A stretch of 63,201 nt of DNA, from NCBI GenBank assembly GCA_949300615.1, contig CASGEW010000004.1, positions 1 to 63,201 on the forward strand. Direction: 5' to 3'. This document shows positions 24,889 through 34,454 of the stretch, in pieces; positions within the stretch are counted from its first letter, which is position 1, and every line of letters starts with the position of its first letter. This DNA comes from an uncultured Bacteroidales bacterium. GTDB taxonomy: Bacteria; Bacteroidota; Bacteroidia; Bacteroidales; CHK158-818. Below the pieces are notes generated by a model that worked only from the letters and a program-made list of their open reading frames with translations, did not search any database and was not told the origin of the DNA. The translations under genes were made by a program, and so were the position numbers.

Positions 24889-27800
24889 TCATTTACTGAA
24901 ATTACGGGGAGCCGGAGCTTTGGTAGGAAGCGGCTTACGGTCTTTCAGCTGTTTCATCACCTCTTCTATGGCTTTGTCTAACTGCTGATCTTCGCCCGCA
25001 TACTCTTTCACCGGATCGTTATCGATCACAATATCCGGATCTACTCCATGGTTTTCGATAATCCATTCTCCCGTTTTGGGATCGAAACTGGTGAAGAAAG
25101 GCACTCGCATATCCGTCCCATCGATGAAAGGCAACGAACCACTAATGCCGACAATTCCTCCCCAGGTACGTGTCCCGATAAGTTTTCCCAGACCCAAAGC
25201 CCGGAATCCCCAGGGGAACAGGTCGCCGTCAGAAGCCGAATACTTGTTTATCAGACACACCTTAGGTCCCGTCTGTACCGCATCGGGAACCGTACCAATT
25301 CGGTCTGAACCACGCTGCATGGTAACTCGATATACCTCGCGGGCGAGACGTTCCAGAATCATGGGCGAAACGTTTCCGCCACCATTGGCACGATCGTCGA
25401 TGATCAAACCCTCTTTATCTACCTGCGGATAGAAATAACGGGCAAATTCGTTCAACCCTTCCACTCCCATATCGGGAATATAAATGTAACCTATTTTCCC
25501 ACCGGAGGCTTTTTCTACTTTTTCGATATTACCCTGTACCCAATTGTAGTGATAAAGTGGAAATTCATCAGCAATAGGCGTAATAACAATCTTTCGAGCC
25601 CCCTCTTTCTGTGCCTTTGTATGGATGCTCAATTCGGTAGGTACACCAGCTTTCCCAACCAAAAGGGAGTACATATCTTTTACGGTATTGGTAGGAACTC
25701 CGTCGATAGCGATAATAAAATCGCCCTCTTTGACATTCAGCCCCGGCTCTGTAAGCGGAGAACGCAAGTCTCGGCTCCACGAAGCTCCCGGTATGATTTT
25801 CTCGATACGGAAAAATCCACTCTTATCGCGAGATATTTCGGCTCCCAACAACCCGGTCTGGATGCGTTCGGGACGTTCGGTTTCACCCGGATTAATATAG
25901 GCGTGCCCACAATTCAATTCGCTGATCATTTCACCGATCACATAATTCAAATCCAAACGGGTCTTTACATAGGGAAGCAATACGGCATATTTCTTTTTCA
26001 TCGCATTCCAATCTACTCCGTGCATATTTTCCAGATAAAATCCATCGCGGTATCCGCGCCATGCCTCGTTGAAAATCTGTTCCCACTCCTGAGCGTAGTC
26101 GGTGGTTATTTTCATATTCGACAAATCGACGGCTTTATTCAAACCTGCCCTGCCGGAGGTAATATCTGAAATATAAAATTGCCCTCCTTTACTGAACACA
26201 GCTTTTTTCATCCCGGGCGCTACATACATGGAGGCCCCTTCGGCTACGATATTTTCTTCCTGTTTGTCGAGATCGAACACACGGGTAGAACCTCCGCGGT
26301 TGTACCATACGTTCTTCCCGTCTGAATAGATATTCCCGTAATACCCCGTGGGAAGCGGCAATCGCAAGATACGTTCACCGATTCCTTCCGGATCGAAAAC
26401 AACCAGATTCGAGTTTTCCGATTTATCTTTCTTTTCTTTGTCAACCTCCTCTTTTTTATCTCCGTCTTCTTTTTCTTTACCTTTTTCTTCTGAGAATATC
26501 TTCACCTCTGCATCTTTTTCGATAAAGGGCGAAGGGGTATCTTTGGAAAGCAATGCCATATAAATGCCGTTCATATTGGTATATACATGGTTCCACTCCA
26601 AGTTCCCATACGTGGGTGAAAAGTCTCTCGACGAATTAAACAGCAGGTATTTCCCGTCGGTACTGAATACCGGCGAACCGGAATCGTACCATTTATCGGT
26701 AACGGCATACTCTTTCTTATCGGCAATGTTGTAAAGATAAATAATGCTGTATTTATTTTCGGCCGGCAATACATAGGTCAACCATTTGGAATCGGGTGAG
26801 AATCTCACGCCGGAGGGTTCGCCCGCAGGACATTGAAAGAGGACACTCTTTTGTTTGGAGGCTACGTCCAACAGATTAAGCCGGTTCTTCCGGTCGGTAT
26901 AAACGATTTTCCGGGCATCAGGACTCCATTCAAAAGAACGGATATAGGTATCGTTATTCTTGGTTAATTGTACGGGGTCGCCACCTTCTGAAGGTTGCAT
27001 CCACAACTCTGTTTCACCGGTTGCATCGGAGATGTATGCGATGTACTTACCATCGGGCGACCAACTGGCATTGCGTTCATGTACACCGGGCGTACGGGTC
27101 AGGTTTTTGGTTACGCCTTTATCGACCGGAACATTAAATATTTCACCCCGTGCCGTTATTACCATCCGTTCTCCACCGGGAGAATAGCTGTACGCCCGAA
27201 CATATTGGGAACCATCTTTTTGTTCGCTACGGGCATAGATATTGTCCGAAGTCAAGGTTATGGGAACTTTCTGGGCTTTTTTGGTACCGGCATCCAACAA
27301 ATAGATGTATCCGCCGTTTTCAAAGACGATATGGTTTCCGTTACAACTGGGGAATTTCACATCGAACTCTTTAAAATCGGTTACTTTCGAGGTTTGTTTG
27401 GTTTTGGTATTGTAAACGAAGATATTCATCGTCCTGTCGCGGTCGGAAATAAAATAGATTTCATCGCCGATCCACATGGGCATGATATCTTGTGCATCGT
27501 TCTGAGTGATGTTTTCAACCGTACCCGATTCCGGCGTATAAATCCAAATATCATCGGCCATACCGCCTTTGTAATATTTCCAAGTCCGGAATTCGCGAAA
27601 TACCCGGTTGTAGGCCAGTTGTTTTCCATCCGGCGAATAACAGCAAAAGCCTCCTTCTGGCAAGGGAATCTCTTCTGACAGCCCGCCTTCTTGCGATACC
27701 GATTTCAATTTACCGGTAAAACTGCTGCCGATACGGTTACGATATACGATACGGGAACCATCCGGCGTCCATGCCATGACGATGTTATTGGGGCCCATAC

Positions 27801-28143
27801 GATCGCCCAGGTCATCCCGGCTGTTGGTAGCCGTATAGGTAACCCGAAGCGGTTCGCCTCCTTCCGAGGGAATGGTAAAAACTTCGGTATTCCCGTCGTA
27901 TTGCCCGGTAAAGGCTATCGTACGCCCGTCGGGAGAGTATTTGGGAAACATTTCATATCCGACGTGCGAGGTCAAACGTTTGGCCTCTCCACCTTTTACG
28001 GAAACTTTGTAGAGATCCCCCGCATAGGAAAATACGATTTCGCTCCCATTGGTAGAGGGAAAGCGTAACAACCTGGCTTCATCTGCTGCATACAAAAATG
28101 CAGGCCAACACAGGATGCTAAGAAGTGCGATTTTTTTCTTCAT
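24889..28143 (-). CDS. Tricorn-like S41 protease
   Basis: WD40/PD40 propellers (SPDG repeats), PDZ region, DDRANGGG, SASDGD, RTWGG. Confidence 0.95.
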   Translation of the reverse strand: MKKKIALLSILCWPAFLYAADEARLLRFPSTNGSEIVFSYAGDLYKVSVKGGEAKRLTSHVGYEMFPKYSPDGRTIAFTGQYDGNTEVFTIPSEGGEPLRVTYTATNSRDDLGDRMGPNNIVMAWTPDGSRIVYRNRIGSSFTGKLKSVSQEGGLSEEIPLPEGGFCCYSPDGKQLAYNRVFREFRTWKYYKGGMADDIWIYTPESGTVENITQNDAQDIMPMWIGDEIYFISDRDRTMNIFVYNTKTKQTSKVTDFKEFDVKFPSCNGNHIVFENGGYIYLLDAGTKKAQKVPITLTSDNIYARSEQKDGSQYVRAYSYSPGGERMVITARGEIFNVPVDKGVTKNLTRTPGVHERNASWSPDGKYIAYISDATGETELWMQPSEGGDPVQLTKNNDTYIRSFEWSPDARKIVYTDRKNRLNLLDVASKQKSVLFQCPAGEPSGVRFSPDSKWLTYVLPAENKYSIIYLYNIADKKEYAVTDKWYDSGSPVFSTDGKYLLFNSSRDFSPTYGNLEWNHVYTNMNGIYMALLSKDTPSPFIEKDAEVKIFSEEKGKEKEDGDKKEEVDKEKKDKSENSNLVVFDPEGIGERILRLPLPTGYYGNIYSDGKNVWYNRGGSTRVFDLDKQEENIVAEGASMYVAPGMKKAVFSKGGQFYISDITSGRAGLNKAVDLSNMKITTDYAQEWEQIFNEAWRGYRDGFYLENMHGVDWNAMKKKYAVLLPYVKTRLDLNYVIGEMISELNCGHAYINPGETERPERIQTGLLGAEISRDKSGFFRIEKIIPGASWSRDLRSPLTEPGLNVKEGDFIIAIDGVPTNTVKDMYSLLVGKAGVPTELSIHTKAQKEGARKIVITPIADEFPLYHYNWVQGNIEKVEKASGGKIGYIYIPDMGVEGLNEFARYFYPQVDKEGLIIDDRANGGGNVSPMILERLAREVYRVTMQRGSDRIGTVPDAVQTGPKVCLINKYSASDGDLFPWGFRALGLGKLIGTRTWGGIVGISGSLPFIDGTDMRVPFFTSFDPKTGEWIIENHGVDPDIVIDNDPVKEYAGEDQQLDKAIEEVMKQLKDRKPLPTKAPAPRNFSK

Positions 28144-28329
28144 TGTGTGATGAGTTTTTCCTGATTTGTTTTGATATTCATGTTACAAACTTACAATTTT
28201 TTTAGCATATCCACCCCTATTTAAGCGAAACGAATTTGAGAAAAGAGAAAAATAATACCCGCTTCCCCTGCCGGGTCAAAACACCGACGCAGAAAACGGG
28301 TAATACAAAAACCGTGCAAGGAATATTTT

Positions 28330-29496
28330 CTACTCTATTCCCTCTAAAATAATATCCTTATAGACACTGGTTATTTGAATGGTTTTTTCAGGATTTTTCT
28401 TTTCCCCAATGATACCGACACACGTCTTGACGGATTCAGTCTGTTCTATTTCTGTATTTATAAGTTTGAGCCCATTCATTTTTATATCCGCCATCGATAC
28501 GGAAAGATCCACATTGCAAGAAATTTCAGAAGATAATACCAACTTAACCTCACTATAAGCGGACCCAACGGAGATATTTTCAAAATTTGTATCTATATTT
28601 TTTATATCCAGCTGGCTGAATTGGAGGGATCTTATAGTTGCCCTTTTCATTAACTGTTCTATACTCAACGTAGAATAGCGCACATCAGAAGTCTCTATCT
28701 CGCCAGCCGTGGCCAAGTGTATTTCCCCAAATACATACTCTGTAACTTTCAATATATCAAATTGTTGTATGGATGTTGAGCTATATTCACCAGAGCAGAT
28801 AAGACGAGATATAGCTCCGATCTCCGCTTTGGAATAGGACATTTCCAGTTGTAAGTTTTTTGCCTGTTGCAATTTTAGTTTGCCAAATTTCAGCTTTATA
28901 TTATTGTTGTCTGTTTGCAAACGGGATATCTCTATATCGCCAAAATCCAAAGAGATATTTACTCCTTGTTTACAATCTTTTAAATAAATGTTCCCAAACT
29001 TATTGTTTAATTGCAGGTAAATAGAAGCTGGCACAGTAACGGTATAATTCACCTCAATTTTATCATTCTCATTGTTCAGGTTGTTATTGGTCGGGAATAT
29101 GGTTTTTGCCGAAACCTTCGATCTACTTTCTGAAAATTTCACATCTATCCGATTGGCCATATCTTGTACTTTTTTCAGGTCCTGACCTTTGACCATAACG
29201 GTAATAGTAAAAGTGATAGCATTGGTATTTCCCTCTGTTATAAAGATATTCCCAAACTGATTCTCGATTTCCAATACGGCACCTGCATCAACCTCCATCT
29301 GCCGATGGATTGTTTTACTCACCTCTTTCTCTGAAAAAATTTCCGTATCGACAGCATTGTTTCTATGGAAAGATCTGTCAAACGAAACAAATTCGGACGG
29401 TCGCGAATCCGACTGGATGGTATTTGCATAACTGGAATGGGCAATACATACATATAGCCAGCAAAAAACCATATAAAAAATTTTGATCTGTTTCAT
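28330..29496 (-). CDS. Secreted beta-strand repeat protein (DUF4097/adhesin-like)
   Basis: Signal peptide; repeated N(Q/K)FGNI and YS motifs; third gene of ECF module. Confidence 0.65.
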   Translation of the reverse strand: MKQIKIFYMVFCWLYVCIAHSSYANTIQSDSRPSEFVSFDRSFHRNNAVDTEIFSEKEVSKTIHRQMEVDAGAVLEIENQFGNIFITEGNTNAITFTITVMVKGQDLKKVQDMANRIDVKFSESRSKVSAKTIFPTNNNLNNENDKIEVNYTVTVPASIYLQLNNKFGNIYLKDCKQGVNISLDFGDIEISRLQTDNNNIKLKFGKLKLQQAKNLQLEMSYSKAEIGAISRLICSGEYSSTSIQQFDILKVTEYVFGEIHLATAGEIETSDVRYSTLSIEQLMKRATIRSLQFSQLDIKNIDTNFENISVGSAYSEVKLVLSSEISCNVDLSVSMADIKMNGLKLINTEIEQTESVKTCVGIIGEKKNPEKTIQITSVYKDIILEGIE

Positions 29497-29504
29497 AACG
29501 GTCT

Positions 29505-29987
29505 TTATTTATTTTCCAAGAGAGATTGAATCGATGTAAGAGTCTCTATCTGTTTGTCATAACAACGGACAAGTGCCAATATATAATTTTCTTCCGGAAT
29601 GTTCTTCCCGATTTCCTGCAAAGCATCCACCTCCTGCTGCATAGACTTGATGGCTTTTTGTAAAAGGATTTTGGCCTCTTCATTTTTTTCTACCAACACA
29701 TTTATACTGTCAATTTGTTCGGATATTTTAAACTGATAATAGGCTGTAACGCCAGGGATGTCGCTCGCCTGGGCTTGATCACTGCCTGATTCCCGGGGGA
29801 GTATTCCCAAGAGCAATAAAATGGAAGCAGCAATCGCAGCGACAAAACGGATACAATATTTCGTATTCCTTCTTCGTCTTTGCAATATCAGCCGTTGTTC
29901 AAAACGGAGCAGATGCCCGTCAGGAGGGAGTTGATTGTCAAATGACGAACGGTTCTCTTTTATTATTTTTTCAAGTTGCCGATTCAT
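29505..29987 (-). CDS. Putative anti-sigma factor
   Basis: PPDGHLLRFEQRL, single TM AAIAASILLL, directly downstream of ECF sigma. Confidence 0.7.
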   Translation of the reverse strand: MNRQLEKIIKENRSSFDNQLPPDGHLLRFEQRLILQRRRRNTKYCIRFVAAIAASILLLLGILPRESGSDQAQASDIPGVTAYYQFKISEQIDSINVLVEKNEEAKILLQKAIKSMQQEVDALQEIGKNIPEENYILALVRCYDKQIETLTSIQSLLENK

Positions 29988-29988
29988 A

Positions 29989-30519
29989 CTACAATTTTTT
30001 TATCAGTATTTCTAATTTCTTGCGAGCCCTCACAAATTGTGATCGGGCGGTAGAAGGTGCTATACCAAGAATTTGGGCGATATGCTCGAAACTAAACTCT
30101 TCTATTAACCGGAGATTAACTATCGTTCGATATCCATCGGGTAACTGTGCGATGGCTTGTTGAATCTGTTCGACCGAAATATCAGCCTCTTCTTCCTCAC
30201 AACTCTCCTCTTCTTCACAATCAAGATTATCGTCAATCGGGACAAAAAAAAACTTTCGCTGACGTATAACATCAATGGATGCGTTTATCGCCATCCGACG
30301 GAGTTTTCGCTCTAAATCGGGATAAGGCAAAACATAATCCTGTACATGATCAAAAAATTTGATAAAAGTTTCCTGCATCACCTCTTCTGCATCCATCGGA
30401 TTATTCAGAATACGGAAACAACTATTATATATACAGCGACAAAACAGGGTATAAAACTCCATTTGTGCCCGTCGGTCTCTTTTTATACAACGATGAAGAA
30501 TGTCTGTATATCGGTCCAT
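29989..30519 (-). CDS. ECF RNA polymerase sigma factor
   Basis: DAEEVMQETF region 2, QLPDGYR..EEFSFEHIAQILGI region 4. Confidence 0.92.
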   Translation of the reverse strand: MDRYTDILHRCIKRDRRAQMEFYTLFCRCIYNSCFRILNNPMDAEEVMQETFIKFFDHVQDYVLPYPDLERKLRRMAINASIDVIRQRKFFFVPIDDNLDCEEEESCEEEEADISVEQIQQAIAQLPDGYRTIVNLRLIEEFSFEHIAQILGIAPSTARSQFVRARKKLEILIKKL

Positions 30520-30713
30520 TTTTTCTCTTTCATCTGAATAACGACAAAAAGGTTGAAATGCTGCATCCTTTTACGCTGCTTTTCAAGCACACCATCCCCT
30601 TTCAATTTGTTTGCAAACTTTCTATCCGGCTCTATTTCAAAGTAAAGAAAAAAAATGCAATTTTTCTCACAGAAACTTGATATTTTCAAAGAAAAGCATT
30701 ATATTTGTTACAG

Positions 30714-30905
30714 AAAAAGAGATTTAGTCGCATCGCAGTTGATTGGGAAACTCATCAATGAATATGAAATGCCGAGACACGTTTTCTTTTCTAATGGCGG
30801 GCCACACTCTTTCGGGAGATGCTTTGCACGGTGGATTACAAAGGGAAAGGACGCTCAAATCCTGTTTTTCGGAGTTTCATCACATCCTCCGATGCGACTT
30901 TTGTC
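30714..30905 (+). ncRNA. ssrS: Probable 6S RNA (Bacteroidales-1-like motif)
   Basis: Terminal stem AGTCGCATCG (30726-30735)/CGATGCGACT (30890-30899) enclosing about 175 nt; promoter TATATTTG at 30700-30707; central CTAATGGCGGG..CTCTTTCGGG recalled as typical of this RNA. Confidence 0.7.
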
Positions 30906-31161
30906 TTATCTAGGGGGGGGGAGGAAGAAAAAGAAAGACGAACTCGGATATTTCTTAAAATACTACATTTCCGTATTATATATCCACAAATTTAAGTCAA
31001 TTGAAATCCAATCATTTAAACATACTTTACACAAGTACGCATATAATGCATTTTCTTTAAGCTCGAAAAAACATATGCCGTACTATAAGCCCCCAATAAT
31101 GATTTTATTTTAAACCTATACCCTAACCCATTGAAACACAATTATTCTCTACAATCAACCT

Positions 31162-31638
31162 TTACTTTATTGATTTCCAACGAGAATAGGGATAGTGAAT
31201 CAAGTTTGAATTAAAAAAACGAGAATCGCTTGTAACCTCTTTCCCGACCCATTCCGGTTTTTCAACAACATATCCTTCATAAGGCACCTCTACCTCTGCA
31301 ACAACAAGACCAACATTTTCCCCCAGAAACTCATCAACCTCCCATATCAGATTGTTTATATGTATCTTATAACGATTTTTTTCTATCAATGGTTTAATAC
31401 ACAATTCATCTAACATCGATATGGCATCTTCTACCGGAACGACATATTCAAATTCTGCACGCGAAACTCCTGTTGTCCGGCCTTTTACAGTAATATAACC
31501 TGTCGAACCTACCACTCGAACCCGTACCGTTCGCTCTTTATCGAGAGACAAATATCCTTGTTTGTAATATGTACAGTTCCCAAGTTTTTTATAAATATCA
31601 GAAGTTACCAGAAATTTGTATTCTATCTCCTTTCCCAT
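31162..31638 (-). CDS. CYTH domain protein
   Basis: EIEYKFLV, RVRV, EFEY, WEVDEF, VAEVE. Confidence 0.92.
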   Translation of the reverse strand: MGKEIEYKFLVTSDIYKKLGNCTYYKQGYLSLDKERTVRVRVVGSTGYITVKGRTTGVSRAEFEYVVPVEDAISMLDELCIKPLIEKNRYKIHINNLIWEVDEFLGENVGLVVAEVEVPYEGYVVEKPEWVGKEVTSDSRFFNSNLIHYPYSRWKSIK

Positions 31639-31841
31639 ATCAAGTTTCTTTTTTATAATCGCAATGTTTGTTGTAAAGGAATATATTTTCAGGGATAAGT
31701 CCAGCAAAAACAGCGCTTAAACTATGTTAAAGGGGTATGAATACTTTTTCGTACAAAAAAGTCTTCTGATATTTTTATTACATTTGCACTTGCTTGCAAA
31801 GATAGAAATGTAATTAATTTACTCCGTATTGAAGAATCTTC

Positions 31842-34370
31842 ATGAATAGATATATATATCTGATTTTTATACTTCTTATCACATATTCTCCCCATATATC
31901 GGCTCAATACAAACTACACGGCGTGGTCCGGGATTCTGCCACAAATGAGACTTTACCTTTTGCAGCCGTGGTTATAGAGGGTACTCAAACGGGAAAATCA
32001 ACCGACATGGAAGGAATGTTTACCATCAACTCAGCCCCGGAAAATGCCGTTCTGGTTGTTTCATATACCGGATATTTCCCAAAAAGAGTGGTGGTAGATC
32101 CCGCCAACCGGGAAAATATCGAGGTAAAACTGACCTCCTCGGTAAAAGAGTTGGACGAAGTAGTTATTACCCCTAAAAAAACCAAATACAGCCGAAAAAA
32201 CAATCCGGCCGTCGATCTGGTAAAAAAAATAATCGAACAAAAGAAACAGAACCGTCTGGAAGACCATGACTTTTATCAATACGAACGGTACGAAAAAATG
32301 ACGTTCGCGTTGAACGATTTTTCAGAAGAGCAGAAAAAAAAGTGGCTGTTCAAAAAATTTCAGTTCATATTCGATTATGTCGATACATCTGAAATATCGG
32401 GTAAACCCATCCTGACAGTATCCATCAGAGAACAAATTGAAAACAATTATTACCGCAAGAATCCCGAATCGAAAAAACAGGTAATAACCGGCATGAAAAA
32501 AGCCGGGATCGATGAAATGTTAAACCAAGACGGGGTAAAACAGTTTTTGGGAGAGGCTTTTAAAGAGGTCGATATATACGAAAACGACATATCCTTGTTG
32601 ATGAACCGGTTCGTCAGCCCGCTCTCAAATATCGCCACCTCTTTTTACAAATTCTACATATACGACACGATAGATGTAGAGGGGGAGAAATGTGCCGATT
32701 TGGTCTTTGTCCCGTTCAACTCTGAATCCTTCGGTTTTGTTGGACGTATGTACGTTACGTTAGACTCGACCTATTTTGTCAAAAAGGTTAAAATGAACGT
32801 CCCGTACGACATAAACCTGAACTTCGTGGAAAAAATGTCGATCGAACAAGATTTCGATCGCTTGCCGGACGGGACCCGGTTAATAACAAAAGACGACATT
32901 ACGGTAGAATTCAGGCTGATATCCAATACGCAAGGTTTGTATGCCAGAAGGATTAACACATACCAGAAATACAACTTCGACCCGCCTCAGAATATGGATA
33001 TATTCAAAGAGAAGGAACGAATAATCATCGAAGACGATGCTGAGATGAAACCCGAGGAGTTTTGGGTGGACAACCGGCATGTCCCGGTACGGACAAAAGA
33101 AAACGCTGTTGAAAAGATGCTGACACGGCTGCGGGAAGTACCGGTGTTCTATTATACGGAAAAAGTAATCGCCACATTGATATCCGGATATATCTCTACC
33201 TCGAAAGAAAACAGTAAATTCGACTTCGGGCCGATGAATACAACCATAAGCGGTAATACCGCAGAGGGTGCCCGTTTCAGAATTGGAGGTATAACCACGG
33301 CTAACCTCCACCCCAACTGGTTTGGACGCGGATACCTGGCGTATGGTACAAAAGATGAGAAATTCAAATATATGGGAGAAGTCGAATATTCGTTCAACAA
33401 GAAAAGATACCATACAAGAGAATTCCCCATACACTCCATCAGGGCGATGCACAGTTACGACATCAACCAGTTAGGTCAGCATTATCTATATACGAACAAA
33501 GATAATGTCTTCTTGTCGCTGAAACGCAAGTCGGACACACGTATTACGTATGAAAGGTTGTCGGAGCTGGAATACAAAAACGAGTTTTCGTCAGGATTCT
33601 CTTATGCATTTAATCTCAATTACCGAACCGAATATCCGAGCCGGTGGGTAAAATTCATCGAGGAGGGCGTAGAACAGAAAGATTTTTCGGTTGCCGCCGC
33701 CGAAATAAAATTACGCTATGCTCCCAACGAAAGATACTACCAGACCAAAACTTCACGTATCCCCATTACCAAAGATGCCCCGGTCTTTACATTATCGCAT
33801 AAAATCGGCGCCAAAGGCGTACTGAACAGCAAGTATAATATAAACCAGACGGAACTGGGAATACAAAAACGTTTCTGGTTTTCTGCTTTCGGTTATACCG
33901 ATATTATTCTCAAAGGAGGAAAAGTTTGGAGCAAAGTACCCTTCCCTTTGCTGATCCTGCCCAACGCAAATCTTTCATACACTATCCAACCGGAATCCTA
34001 CACGTTGATGAACGCGATGGAATTTATCAACGACCAATATCTTTCGTGGGATTTGACCTATTTTGTCAACGGTGCACTATTCAACCGAATCCCGCTGCTC
34101 AAATATCTCAAATGGCGCGAAGTATTATCGTTCAGGGGCCTATATGGAGGCCTCTCCAACAAAAACAATCCCTACATCAATCCGAAAGGGCTGTACGAAT
34201 TTCCGCAAGGGAGTACGATAATGGATAATATGCCCTATATGGAGGCCGGCGTAGGCATCGAAAATATATTCAAGATATTGAGAGTGGATTATGTATGGAG
34301 GTTAACATACCGGGATTTACCCGATATAGACCGCAGTGGGGTTCGTATCGCTTTACACTTCACATTCTAA
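31842..34370 (+). CDS. Outer-membrane protein, carboxypeptidase-regulatory-like N-domain + DUF5686
   Basis: GVVRDSATNETLPFA, VSYTGY, ELDEVVI, NPAVDL, C-terminal aromatic F. Confidence 0.85.
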   Translation: MNRYIYLIFILLITYSPHISAQYKLHGVVRDSATNETLPFAAVVIEGTQTGKSTDMEGMFTINSAPENAVLVVSYTGYFPKRVVVDPANRENIEVKLTSSVKELDEVVITPKKTKYSRKNNPAVDLVKKIIEQKKQNRLEDHDFYQYERYEKMTFALNDFSEEQKKKWLFKKFQFIFDYVDTSEISGKPILTVSIREQIENNYYRKNPESKKQVITGMKKAGIDEMLNQDGVKQFLGEAFKEVDIYENDISLLMNRFVSPLSNIATSFYKFYIYDTIDVEGEKCADLVFVPFNSESFGFVGRMYVTLDSTYFVKKVKMNVPYDINLNFVEKMSIEQDFDRLPDGTRLITKDDITVEFRLISNTQGLYARRINTYQKYNFDPPQNMDIFKEKERIIIEDDAEMKPEEFWVDNRHVPVRTKENAVEKMLTRLREVPVFYYTEKVIATLISGYISTSKENSKFDFGPMNTTISGNTAEGARFRIGGITTANLHPNWFGRGYLAYGTKDEKFKYMGEVEYSFNKKRYHTREFPIHSIRAMHSYDINQLGQHYLYTNKDNVFLSLKRKSDTRITYERLSELEYKNEFSSGFSYAFNLNYRTEYPSRWVKFIEEGVEQKDFSVAAAEIKLRYAPNERYYQTKTSRIPITKDAPVFTLSHKIGAKGVLNSKYNINQTELGIQKRFWFSAFGYTDIILKGGKVWSKVPFPLLILPNANLSYTIQPESYTLMNAMEFINDQYLSWDLTYFVNGALFNRIPLLKYLKWREVLSFRGLYGGLSNKNNPYINPKGLYEFPQGSTIMDNMPYMEAGVGIENIFKILRVDYVWRLTYRDLPDIDRSGVRIALHFTF

Positions 34371-34396
34371 CCGACTCGGTTATTCTACAACAATAT

Positions 34397-34442
34397 AAAA
34401 AAACAGCAGGAAGATCAAAATAAATCTTCCTGCTGTTTTTTT
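34397..34442. terminator. Bidirectional intrinsic terminator
   Basis: AAAAAAACAGCAGGAAGAT...ATCTTCCTGCTGTTTTTTT between convergent genes. Confidence 0.9.
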
Positions 34443-34454
34443 ATATATTACAAT

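Noticed and set aside
30913-30921. G9 homopolymer as a phase-variation tract
   Set aside because: Intergenic between convergent units, not in a CDS or promoter spacer
30655-31113. 152-aa ORF
   Set aside because: Overlaps the probable 6S RNA and low-complexity sequence; starts upstream of the promoter box
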